64,000 nucleotides of DNA from Cenarchaeum sp. (lineage in GTDB: Archaea > Thermoproteota > Nitrososphaeria > Nitrososphaerales > Nitrosopumilaceae). Below are positions 10,769 to 20,318 of the stretch, piece by piece. Under the pieces are notes generated by a model, which saw only the letters and a program-made list of their open reading frames with translations, searched no databases and was not told the DNA's origin. Numbering within the stretch: position 1 is the first letter of the stretch; each line of letters begins with the position of its first letter. Both the position numbers and the translations under genes were made by a program. The stretch covers positions 1,912,241 through 1,976,240 of the forward strand of contig OY843768.1 in the NCBI GenBank assembly GCA_963693095.2. The letters run 5' to 3'.

Positions 10769-11209
10769 TCAATATGGCGTATGTGCGCACGGGGGGCACC
10801 CAAGGCGGGTGCCAACCCAGGCGACGATGCGCCATACTGCTGCCAGGATGCGCAGATTTGCAAACGGGCCAAGCCTGCGCGCAAGCCTTGGGATTGCCGG
10901 AACGTGCCCGCATAGTCGGGGGTTCAGCGAGATGGCGATGACAAGGGCGCGGAGCGCCTTGCGATACCGGCCAAGGCTAGCCAGGGCATACCCCCTGTAA
11001 AGGTGAGAGATCGCGTCATTCGGGTGCAGGCGAAGGGCACGATCAAGATACTGCAGCGCCGCGCCATGGCGCCCTTGTCGATACAGGCTGATGCCACTGT
11101 CCCTCGGATCGCCATGAGGCGGCTGCCTTGGCGCTTTGGTGGGTGTGAGGATGGCGGCAATTACGACTCCTGCGATGGCACCGACTGCCACGTCTCCTAG
11201 AACGCCCAT
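10769..11209 (-). CDS. Small 2-TPR protein with hydrophobic N-terminus
   Basis: VAVGAIAGVVIAAIL then GISLYRQGRHGAALQYLDRALRLHP. Confidence 0.75.
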   Translation of the reverse strand: MGVLGDVAVGAIAGVVIAAILTPTKAPRQPPHGDPRDSGISLYRQGRHGAALQYLDRALRLHPNDAISHLYRGYALASLGRYRKALRALVIAISLNPRLCGHVPAIPRLARRLGPFANLRILAAVWRIVAWVGTRLGCPPCAHTPY

Positions 11210-11257
11210 GGAGCCCTGTGCGACCTTTGCAAATTTAAGCCTTGGCGCGGATCCTGC

Positions 11258-11350
11258 GTATGGGGTCAGACATCCCTGTTCGCTCATGCCCAGCCGCCAT
11301 CACAGCAAGTAGATCGGTAGGATCGCGCGCTTATTTGACCAAATGGACGT
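11258..11350. mobile_element. Degenerate IS66-derived MITE
   Basis: GTATGGGGTCAG start and GCAAGTAGATCGGTAGGATC...TATTTGACCAAATG shared with 43871..43983. Confidence 0.6.
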
Positions 11351-11409
11351 GGCCATTCCGCCCTAAAGCATGGCCAACAGTTAAACGCTCCCGTTTCTGC
11401 CCTGTGCCG

Positions 11410-12420
11410 ATGACCCTCGTCGAGCTGGCCCAATATTTTGCAGAGCACGCAGCCTCTGACCTAAGACATGCCCAGGCCATAGCCAGGTCAGACCTGTCAG
11501 GCCATGCGCTTGCGACTGCAATGTACCTGGCCCAGCAGTCGATTGAAAAGCAGCTAAAGTCCATCATCATCAACATGGACGAAAAGATGGGGCTAGGCAA
11601 TAGTAGATCAATTCCCAGGTTGCTTGGGCACCAGCTCTATTCTGGCCTGTACGAATTTTACGGCAAGCAGATCAACGACCTTGACACCCAGTTTCTGGAG
11701 GTTAGCTCCCTGCAACACGGCGCCCAGCCCGCAAAAAACGTGGCTCACATGAAACATTTCTTTAAACAGATGGAAAAGTTTTGGGCATCCCATTCAAAGA
11801 GCCCCAGCCTGCCATCGCTGTTCTGGCAACTCTCTCTGGGCATAAGACTAAAAGATGATGACTTTTGGCGGGTACGCTCAACACACGTTAAATATGCGCA
11901 AAGCATGCTTGATATTCTTGCCGCGGCCGGCGTCAATATTCCCCCACTGCCTAACAATAACTATTTGCAACGGCCCATGCTTGATGCAATTATGAATAGT
12001 GCGCTTCTTGCATCATATCGTGGCGAGTATGCCCGCATCGAGATCAATGCCATTGAAAGCCACAAGCTGAGGCAAACCTTTGACACGTCCAGCGCCATTC
12101 TCTCGCTGTTTCCAAATCTCGTCCAGGGCTCATTTTATGCAGGTGTCGGCCTGGGCAAGAATATGGTCTTTAGCTTTGGCATCCTGGTACTGCTCCTTGC
12201 ACAGTACCAACACCTGGCCCTGCTCGCCAACCACAGCTATGGGCGCTATCCCAAAAGGCTTGAGGGTGGGCGAATCACGACTGACGTGTACGCATCACAG
12301 GCGAATATCGTGCTGTTTTACCTGTTTGTTGCCGTTCCATACCAGCTCGGCCAGCTGCGCGCCAACTCTGGGAGGTTGGACGTGCTGCTTGACATGGGGC
12401 GCGAGCGCGGGTGCTGGTAG
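11410..12420 (+). CDS. HEPN-domain protein; paralogue of 9566..10585
   Basis: AMYLAQQSIEKQLKSII, LGHQLY, GRYP; near-identical C-terminus PYQLGQL..NSGRLDVLLD.G...G.W. Confidence 0.8.
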   Translation: MTLVELAQYFAEHAASDLRHAQAIARSDLSGHALATAMYLAQQSIEKQLKSIIINMDEKMGLGNSRSIPRLLGHQLYSGLYEFYGKQINDLDTQFLEVSSLQHGAQPAKNVAHMKHFFKQMEKFWASHSKSPSLPSLFWQLSLGIRLKDDDFWRVRSTHVKYAQSMLDILAAAGVNIPPLPNNNYLQRPMLDAIMNSALLASYRGEYARIEINAIESHKLRQTFDTSSAILSLFPNLVQGSFYAGVGLGKNMVFSFGILVLLLAQYQHLALLANHSYGRYPKRLEGGRITTDVYASQANIVLFYLFVAVPYQLGQLRANSGRLDVLLDMGRERGCW

Positions 12421-12872
12421 TGCGCGTGTGGGCTTGGGGGGGCACTAGGGTTTTTTGAGTGTGGGAATTCTGTGCCTTGCCACAAATGACTCCGTCACTG
12501 CCTGCGCCGCGACGTGCCGGGACTGGAGGTGCGCGCACAGGGGACGCTGCGCACGCCGCGGGGATTTCAGGGCGGGATCCGGCGTCGTGACGTCGGAATT
12601 TCACGCCATGCCATTCCCAGAAACTGCCGTCCGCGCCTATTCGTAGACAACGCCGGTCGTGGCCGCCGCGCGCCTATGCGCAGTTATGAAACAGAGCCCC
12701 TGCCCACACAGTCTATTAATAGCCACCTGCATAAAATGCTGTTAAACATGGCAAGGTGTTTTGATTCTGTGATGGTTTTTGGCGCGGGTGTGTGCCGCAC
12801 GTCACTGCGATCATGCCCACACTACTATACCTAATCACAATTATGAACCATGTCTCAAAAAACGTCAAAACA

Positions 12873-13367
12873 TCATATGAGTTTTAACAAACTTTGAGCT
12901 GATTGCATGATATTCCTGCCCTCCCTCGAGTTAATTTCTTGCTGAAGCATATCCTCATAGTCCATCTTGTCTATGTACAGCTCGGAACCTCGCGCGTATT
13001 GAAATGCGTCAGTTGAGTCATTCTTGTCTTTGAGATCCCACATGGCCTTTTTGACATTCTCAAAGTGCAGATTGGGCGGCAGATGATCCGGCAGTTGTTC
13101 TGTCTTGCGCTGTGCAAATTCAAGTTTTACATCCAGCACGTCAAGCTCCCACTCGTTATTGGGATCAGGGTGCGCTGTCCCATATTTTGCTCGTAGCTCA
13201 TCCTCGCGCTCCAACTCCCTGTCAACTGCGTCACGTACCCTTGCAGGCAGTGAATCATACTTGAAGACGCCAAACTTCATGCAGCCGATAATCTCGTTTA
13301 GAGTCAGTGTGGGATTGCTGCATTCACTAGCAAAAGTATTCTCAAATACTTTCTCCCCGTGCTCCAT
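12873..13367 (-). CDS. Unknown-function protein, MEHGE.VFENTF family
   Basis: Three paralogues in window. Confidence 0.75.
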   Translation of the reverse strand: MEHGEKVFENTFASECSNPTLTLNEIIGCMKFGVFKYDSLPARVRDAVDRELEREDELRAKYGTAHPDPNNEWELDVLDVKLEFAQRKTEQLPDHLPPNLHFENVKKAMWDLKDKNDSTDAFQYARGSELYIDKMDYEDMLQQEINSREGRNIMQSAQSLLKLI

Positions 13368-13438
13368 GGCATCACTCCATGCATCCGGCTAATAAGCCTT
13401 GAGCACACGTCACACTTGTATATATGCACAGAAAGTAG

Positions 13439-15484
13439 TCAAATTTGCCTAGACAGTTCTTGGCGACGAGTTTTGGCACGTTCGATCAGCTGTTTAACGA
13501 CTTTTGCAGTTGCAAATGAGTCTATTTCTCCAGGTTTTTCCATGTCTATTTCCCTGAGCATGAGATATAGCCCTAGTTTATTATTTAACACACGTTTTCG
13601 GTTAGAATATGCGTCTTGTTTCTGTTTGTGTGCTTGACAGTCACATTTTGGTTTTTGATTAGTTGTTGAAATGTTTTCGGCATCGAGTTTCTTGGCTTTT
13701 TGAAATTCTCTATATTCACTTTTTTCTGACGACCCTATGCATCTCTCTAAATCGTTAGCCATGGACACAGTTAGGTTTTTCTCAAAGCACGCAAATTTAG
13801 AGTTAATCTCAGTCTTATCGATGTCTGAGTTGCAATAATGGCTTTGCGGATCTGCAAGCCCTACAAGCCTTCTGTTCTGTTTTAGCATTCCATCATCTAT
13901 TCCCGGTTTACGATCTAGATCCCACATTAGATATTTTGGAATCTGAAACTGGTTGAAAAGTTGCACAATTATTGGAATGTTCTCCTTTCCTTCACATGAC
14001 ACTATGGACATTTCATACTGATCCAAATCTTTACCTATTGCACGTGCGGTGGCTTGCAGTGCGATGCGATCACTTGCTCCCTCCACCATCACGACCAGTC
14101 TGGCAAAAAATCCCTCTGTGATTTCATGTGTGGCGTTCATGTCCAGCCAGGTTCGTGTCCTCTTTTCCTGGTTCTTGTCACCACCCCTCTTTTCGCCGAA
14201 TAATTGGGCGCTGAGATTATCGATCGTTGTTGACAAGAACTTTTCTTGCTTGTTCTTTTGGAGCAATCGCAGGTTGTCAATAAGCTGCAATTCTATGAAA
14301 CACGGCGAGTGTGTGCTGCAGACGATACATGTAGATGATCCGACTAGATCTATAAACGCCTTTAGCATCTTTCGCTGTCGCTGTGGGTGCTGGTACAGCT
14401 CTGGCTCGTCAATGACGATCAGTCTCAAGCTCGATTGCCGGACATTGTCCTTTTCTGTCAATTTGTTGTCTTTTCCTGCAGGCTTGTTATTTCTGCGTAT
14501 TGAGGCGAGCATATCTAGCAATGCCAGGAGGTACACCCGTTGAAACCCGCTCCCTGCGCGCTCTATGGGGGCCATAAACCCGTTATCTTGCAGGTGTATT
14601 ATCGCCTGTGGCTGTGTGGGAGAATATTCGGGAGTCACTAGATTTATATCGTATAGTGCGTCATCCATATAGCGTTGAGATTTTTTCCTCAGTTCGGCGG
14701 CAACCTCATCTAGTGTAACTTTTATTGTTGACTCGAATTCTTTGTATGCCTCTCTATGTGCATCTGAGGCTTCTACAAACTTTGCATTGTTCTGCTCTAC
14801 GCTTTGCAAGATCCACTCCACCAATTCAGAAAACGGGGATTTGGCGCCTTCCCTGCCATCTGCTGCTATATCCTTCGTGGCAGGAATATACGTCACATCT
14901 ATGGCCTCCTCTGGATTTACATTGCTGTGCATGTACTCCACATAGTCTATTTCATACTCGTCACTGCTATTGGAGTCAGTTGAATGACGGTGCTCCCACT
15001 CATCAAAATCGAGTATAAATTCCCCCTGTCTGTCATATTTTGGAAAATCGTCGTATTTGTTCTTTAGGTCTCTGATCATATATTTCATGTCATGGGCACT
15101 TTTTGATCTAATTCCTAGAAATTTTTTATTGCACATTTTTGCAATCCGTGTATCTGGTACCACGTCATCTTTGTCATTTATTTTAAACAGTTTTTTTATT
15201 TTAGATACGCCATCAATCACAAATTCAGGAGGAAAGGCAGGGTTGCCATTCGTCTTGATGCTCAGGATGATCTCTATTGGATCTCTTTCCTTGTCAAAAT
15301 CTTCCCGTGTCACATCCGGTTTACCCTCTCCGAAAAAACTCAGTGCCTCGAGAACCGTGGTCTTTCCAGCCCCGTTAGGCCCAATCAAAATTGTGAGATC
15401 GTCGAGCGGTATGGTCACGTCCTTGATCGAGCGAAAGTCCCTGATCGTTATGGACTCAATATTCATTGGTGATATCCTTGTCAT
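13439..15484 (-). CDS. OLD-family ATP-dependent endonuclease (ABC-ATPase + TOPRIM)
   Basis: GPNGAGKTT, GSGFQR, IVIDEPELYQHP, STHSP, VMVEGASD, WDLD. Confidence 0.92.
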   Translation of the reverse strand: MTRISPMNIESITIRDFRSIKDVTIPLDDLTILIGPNGAGKTTVLEALSFFGEGKPDVTREDFDKERDPIEIILSIKTNGNPAFPPEFVIDGVSKIKKLFKINDKDDVVPDTRIAKMCNKKFLGIRSKSAHDMKYMIRDLKNKYDDFPKYDRQGEFILDFDEWEHRHSTDSNSSDEYEIDYVEYMHSNVNPEEAIDVTYIPATKDIAADGREGAKSPFSELVEWILQSVEQNNAKFVEASDAHREAYKEFESTIKVTLDEVAAELRKKSQRYMDDALYDINLVTPEYSPTQPQAIIHLQDNGFMAPIERAGSGFQRVYLLALLDMLASIRRNNKPAGKDNKLTEKDNVRQSSLRLIVIDEPELYQHPQRQRKMLKAFIDLVGSSTCIVCSTHSPCFIELQLIDNLRLLQKNKQEKFLSTTIDNLSAQLFGEKRGGDKNQEKRTRTWLDMNATHEITEGFFARLVVMVEGASDRIALQATARAIGKDLDQYEMSIVSCEGKENIPIIVQLFNQFQIPKYLMWDLDRKPGIDDGMLKQNRRLVGLADPQSHYCNSDIDKTEINSKFACFEKNLTVSMANDLERCIGSSEKSEYREFQKAKKLDAENISTTNQKPKCDCQAHKQKQDAYSNRKRVLNNKLGLYLMLREIDMEKPGEIDSFATAKVVKQLIERAKTRRQELSRQI

Positions 15485-15686
15485 TAAATCTGCCCTTGAT
15501 GTGGCGGTAAAAATAGGATCCTAGGGACGGGCTATCCATCAGGCCATCGTACACTGACTTTGGAACGTTGCTATAGCGGTACAGCCGCCCGCTGCGAAAC
15601 CTAATTTCTAGTATGCGCGTGCCGCCATTATAGCTCACCGTCGACAGGTTGCTCGACTTTACTGGAGTCTCTTCCTCTTCGTCCAC
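15456..15686 (-). CDS. KTSC-domain protein
   Basis: PVKSSNLSTVSY...LEIRFRSGRLYRYSNVP..VY..LM.S.SLGSYF..HIK. Confidence 0.9.
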   Translation of the reverse strand: MDEEEETPVKSSNLSTVSYNGGTRILEIRFRSGRLYRYSNVPKSVYDGLMDSPSLGSYFYRHIKGRFNDKDITNEY

Positions 15687-15749
15687 GGGACTCGCTTCTC
15701 GCGTGTCTATATCAATATACCTTGCGTAGCCATTGTGGGGTTTACGCCC

Positions 15750-17090
15750 TCACCTGCCTTTGCCACATGACGTGTATGGCATCCCTAGCGCCCTTATGAC
15801 CATCTCCTCTGTGGCAGGCTGAATTGGCGATGCGACGGCCAGACTCTTGACTAGGGCGCACTCGTAATGCCGCCCCATGTCCTTTGCGACTAGCACGCCG
15901 CCTAGCTTTTTGCTCGTCTTGATCTTTTTTGTCAGCTTTGCCTGAAAATCTTTATCTGCGACATAGTTGTACGGATCCTCGACGATTACCAGCGATTGCC
16001 GATCCCCAAAGTGCCCTATCTGGTCCTTGGTGAACAACTTGCGCAAGAGTCCACTGCGCGAGTTTGTGTGAAATATGTGCTCAAACCCAATGGCTGCCAC
16101 GTCACGCGGCGCATATGCCTCAATGTAACAGTCGCAGACCCGCAGGTCGGCGAATTTGCCGTCCTCGATGGCAGGCTCTAGCTCTATCTCTTTTGTGACT
16201 GTGCTGAAATGGACATAGAGGCGCATCTCAAAGGCATACTGTAGGAACTTTCTGTGACACAGGCCGCCCCTCCATGGGGCGTACTGGCCCGTGTCGTAAA
16301 CCGGCATGCCGCGCGCCTCCATGAACCGAATCATCGACTCTAGGCCGTCGAGCGTGTTGGGTGCCGAGTCTTCGAGCTGGGGGGACTCGCGCGCCATGGA
16401 CGCATAGTAGGCCAGGTCTGCCCTCTTTTTCACCATATTGGCGATCTTTTTGGGGGAGAGCCCCAGGAACGCATACGCCAGACGATAGTGGGCCCTGAGC
16501 CATGGATCAAGCGTTGCGGCAGGCTCTAGCCGCTGTCGCGCATAGATGTCCCGCGATATCTCTAGTGCCCTTTGAAACCCGTCGTCCTCATCATGGCGCA
16601 TGTCCACGTCCACCCCTAGCATCCCTGCCCTCCTTTCAAGCAGGCCTATGAGCTTGGGCGCTAGGCTGCTGTGGGCCTTGGGGTTTGGGCTGGTGACGAT
16701 TCTGTTGACGGCGCGGTTGACCATGTATTCTATGAGAATGCCCTCCCTAGTTGCGCGCTTGCCGTCTTGGCCAATGCTGAGGAGATCATTGCATATCTCG
16801 TATACCTCACCATACTCTTTGCGCTTCATGTAGACCTTGTCGATGATGGCCATTGCGATACCGTCATTTGCGTGGCCTTTGCGAATCATGTCCGTGATGC
16901 CGGCTCGAAGGGCAGACGTTACGCGGTTCTTGGGGCCAATGCCGAGGTTTAGCGAGTCTATGCTCTGCCATGCGTCCGTTAGGTCGTTATCATGGCTGTT
17001 CCTAAACTCGTCGCATATGTGCCGCAGCTTTGCAAGGATGACCTTGTCGTGGGCGCTGGGGGTCACAGGGCTCGTGGGATCGGGTTCCAT
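15750..17090 (-). CDS. Helical N-terminus + PD-(D/E)xK-like nuclease; paralogue of 39457..40893
   Basis: FEMRLY.HF...IELEP.....FADLRV...YIEAY. Confidence 0.7.
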   Translation of the reverse strand: MEPDPTSPVTPSAHDKVILAKLRHICDEFRNSHDNDLTDAWQSIDSLNLGIGPKNRVTSALRAGITDMIRKGHANDGIAMAIIDKVYMKRKEYGEVYEICNDLLSIGQDGKRATREGILIEYMVNRAVNRIVTSPNPKAHSSLAPKLIGLLERRAGMLGVDVDMRHDEDDGFQRALEISRDIYARQRLEPAATLDPWLRAHYRLAYAFLGLSPKKIANMVKKRADLAYYASMARESPQLEDSAPNTLDGLESMIRFMEARGMPVYDTGQYAPWRGGLCHRKFLQYAFEMRLYVHFSTVTKEIELEPAIEDGKFADLRVCDCYIEAYAPRDVAAIGFEHIFHTNSRSGLLRKLFTKDQIGHFGDRQSLVIVEDPYNYVADKDFQAKLTKKIKTSKKLGGVLVAKDMGRHYECALVKSLAVASPIQPATEEMVIRALGMPYTSCGKGR

Positions 17091-17172
17091 GTGCCATGGT
17101 GGCGCGGCTTGCGGATATTGAACCTTGCAGTGTTGGGGCGGCCGTTAGGCGTGGGACGGCTGCCTGCTGCAC

Positions 17173-18207
17173 CTACGCCCTCGCTACTTTTGCGCGCCTG
17201 ATGCCTGCTTCCAGCTCCCTTGCGCGCCTGAATGACCTGCTAGCCTCCTCACTGCGTCCTAGTTTACGTTGGCATATCTCTATATTATAATACGCGTTTG
17301 CCTCATCAGGCTTGATTGAGATGGCGTGCTCTATCTCCCCAATCGCCTCTTCATACTTGCCCTGCATCATTAAAGCTGCGGCGATATTTACATAAATGTC
17401 CGCATCGTCCGGATCCAGCACTGCTGCGCGCCTGTAGGACACGAGTGCCTCCTCAATGCGCCTAGTCTGGTACAGGCACAGGCCAATGTTATAGTGATGC
17501 CCCGCGTTCTCGGGCTCTAGGGCTGCAGCATGCCTGAATGCCTCGAGTGCCCCGCCATAGTTGCCCATTGCCCCTAGCATCTCTCCGATGTTTCTGTGCG
17601 GATCAGGATTGGTCCGATCCAGCCTTGCTGCCTCCCCGAACTTGAGTAATGCCTCATTATCGCGTTTCAGATCCCTTAAAATGAGACCCATGCCGTGGTG
17701 GCCATATGCGTACGCTGGTTCTGCAATGATGGCATCCCTGAACGCCCTCATTGCCCCGTCTCTGTCCCCCATTCCGCGTAGCGTGTGTCCCATCATTACG
17801 CGTGCCTGAGGATCATTGCCGTTGAGCGACGCAGCGCCCTCTAGCTCCTCTTGCGCCTCCCTGCGCCTGCCAAGCTCGTGGAGGGCTATGGCCCTCATGC
17901 TGTGCGCATCGCCACTCTTGTCATCAATGGAGATGGCGCGATCTGCTGCCTCTAGTGCCTCCTTGTGGTGTTCAAGATTGCGCTCAATGTTGGCTAGCGT
18001 GACAAATGCTGCGGCATCGCCGTCCTCTAGCGCTATGGCACGATTTATTGCCCCTAGTGCCCTCTTGTACTCTCTTGACTTGTACAACGCCATGCCCTCT
18101 TTGAGGTATGCGCTATAGTCATTGGGGTTTTCTGTGGCCTCTGTTGGCTTTTTTAGTGCGTCTGCCTTGTCTGTGCTGCCTGCCTTGCCGTCTTTCTCGG
18201 CCTTCAC
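17173..18207 (-). CDS. TPR-repeat protein
   Basis: About 9 TPR units. Confidence 0.9.
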   Translation of the reverse strand: MKAEKDGKAGSTDKADALKKPTEATENPNDYSAYLKEGMALYKSREYKRALGAINRAIALEDGDAAAFVTLANIERNLEHHKEALEAADRAISIDDKSGDAHSMRAIALHELGRRREAQEELEGAASLNGNDPQARVMMGHTLRGMGDRDGAMRAFRDAIIAEPAYAYGHHGMGLILRDLKRDNEALLKFGEAARLDRTNPDPHRNIGEMLGAMGNYGGALEAFRHAAALEPENAGHHYNIGLCLYQTRRIEEALVSYRRAAVLDPDDADIYVNIAAALMMQGKYEEAIGEIEHAISIKPDEANAYYNIEICQRKLGRSEEASRSFRRARELEAGIRRAKVARA

Positions 18208-18426
18208 AACCGTGGCTTGGTGGGTGCCGCATTATAATCCTTGTTGGAATGTCCGGCTCGTCCTGCATACAGGCATTGCAGTTGTGCCCCTCTAGAATGT
18301 GCTTTTCTTGTGCTGCGATCTCGTGCCATCTCCATTGCTCTTGTCGCACCGGTGGGGACTATGCGTAAAACAGTGAACGCTTGTGGGTATTTGTGGACAG
18401 GGATGGGGTAATGGCGCTCTGATTTC

Positions 18427-20115
18427 CTAGCTAGCAAAATAGTCGTGAATTCTTATGATTGACTTGTAAAACTCTGTGTCCTCGAACCCGGTGCTAATGA
18501 ACTTTGGCCCAATATCCTCCCCCTTCTTGACGATCCTCTCTAGATCTCCCTTTGGAACATCAAAATGTTTTTCCAAATATGTCGGCCCATCAATTCCAAA
18601 ACACAGACCGCCTAAAGCTTCAACATACTCGTCCTTTTTAGTCTCAAGCTCTTCTAGTGACTCTTGCTTCATGTCAATTTTGTCAGCGATCTTTTTATTT
18701 TGCGCTCTTGCATTTTTCGCCCTCTCCCTGTTATTTTTAGCCTCTTCTTTTGGATCTTTTACTTTGCCGTCTTTTTTCTCTAGATCTCCGTCCCAAATAA
18801 CAAACTGCTTGATCTCGAGTGACTTGAACACATCACAAAAATTCTGCATACTCTCTTTACCTCCACAGGCGACCACTGCTGCCTCTTCTTTTATGAGCGT
18901 GTCCATGATCGGTTGCCCATCGTGATTCGTTTCACGAAGTATTGTATTGATGATTGTCTCGTCCGTGTGCCCCTCTACCACTATCGCCCCGCTTGCAAAT
19001 ATTGCCTCCTCCATGGCCTTTATCATCCTGCCTCTAACTGGCAAATCTTTCAAGGTGTCCCCAGTATGAACGTGAACCCCCTTGCTGTCCCTTACCACCT
19101 TTCGTATCTCCATTGGGGTCTTTAGCGTAACCATGAGCGAAGAGTGCGTTGTGTACACGACCTGGTGTGATGCGTTAGATAGTTTTTGCAATGCGAGTAG
19201 CAAAAGTCTCTGCCTCTGTGGGTGCTGATGCAGCTCTGGCTCGTCAATAATGACGAGCGTTAATGCGTTCTTGTCCTTCACAATCTTCTTTGCATCTCCT
19301 TCCTTCGTCTCTATCATTAGAATGTCTGCTCTGACCTCTAATGCCGCCATGTAAAACGCACGTTTTGTTCCTTGACCCACGTATTTGTGCTCGATATTGC
19401 GATTATTGACTTTGTCGATTATTTTCAGATCAGTTTCTAGAGTGAGATCTGGATCTTTAAACCTTAGCATGACTTTTGAGTTGGGTGCAGATCCGATTCC
19501 ACCCCCTCCGCATAATTTGCGGTTTAGTGATCTTTCTACTCTTTCCAATTTGTCATTAAACTGTTCTTGAAATGTTATCCGGCGTTCCTTCTCCTCTTCT
19601 TCCCCACTTGCAATATTCCTAACTGTGCCATCAATTATCTTTTCTAAAAGAGTGTTCTTTTTGTCTTCACCATCATCGTCTGTCTCGTGCTCTGCTGGAA
19701 CGTATATCACATTCACATATTTTTTTAGAAATGCTTTACACTTTGCATTAGTATTGCCTTCCCACTCACCACTAACCTTGTTTTTCCACATGTACTGTGG
19801 AGTTGTAACTGTTATCTTGCCATCTCCAGCGTTCTCTGCATCTTCCGTCTCACATTTCCACTCGCAGCGAATCTCACATTTGTCCTCTTCGCCAACGCCC
19901 TCAAACTTGACGGTTATGATGATCGATTCGCCGACATCGTTAAAGTCTTCCTTTTTTATCCTTCCTGATTTGTCGCTAAAGAACCTTTCAAGTGCCAGCA
20001 GGAACGATGTCTTGCCGGCGCCGTTGACGCCTATCAGCGCGGTCAGCTTGTCTAGGCTCAGCTCTGTGTCAACTATGGCGCGAAAGTTCTCCACTTTGAG
20101 CCTTGATACCCTCAT
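18427..20115 (-). CDS. OLD-family ATP-dependent endonuclease
   Basis: MRVSRLKVENFR, GVNGAGKTS, IIDEPELHQHP, TTHS, IVVEGHTD, IWDGD. Confidence 0.92.
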   Translation of the reverse strand: MRVSRLKVENFRAIVDTELSLDKLTALIGVNGAGKTSFLLALERFFSDKSGRIKKEDFNDVGESIIITVKFEGVGEEDKCEIRCEWKCETEDAENAGDGKITVTTPQYMWKNKVSGEWEGNTNAKCKAFLKKYVNVIYVPAEHETDDDGEDKKNTLLEKIIDGTVRNIASGEEEEKERRITFQEQFNDKLERVERSLNRKLCGGGGIGSAPNSKVMLRFKDPDLTLETDLKIIDKVNNRNIEHKYVGQGTKRAFYMAALEVRADILMIETKEGDAKKIVKDKNALTLVIIDEPELHQHPQRQRLLLLALQKLSNASHQVVYTTHSSLMVTLKTPMEIRKVVRDSKGVHVHTGDTLKDLPVRGRMIKAMEEAIFASGAIVVEGHTDETIINTILRETNHDGQPIMDTLIKEEAAVVACGGKESMQNFCDVFKSLEIKQFVIWDGDLEKKDGKVKDPKEEAKNNRERAKNARAQNKKIADKIDMKQESLEELETKKDEYVEALGGLCFGIDGPTYLEKHFDVPKGDLERIVKKGEDIGPKFISTGFEDTEFYKSIIRIHDYFAS

Positions 20116-20318
20116 TACCGCGATCTTGGCAGGTGCGTGATATATAACTTGATCGAACATTCTGTTGTGCGAGAACGGCGCCACCGTCGGCTCGTGACTA
20201 GTGCCGGGTTCACCCATTGTGGCAACACCCGACCCCTTCCTAGAGTCGACTCCTCACACATTCGTGAGGGGCCAGTCAGCCATTAACTATTATATTCCGG
20301 GCGGCGTCATGCCCTCGC

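Noticed and set aside
9566-12420. Diversity-generating retroelement to explain paralogue variation
   Set aside because: No RT gene and no obvious adenine-restricted TR/VR pair
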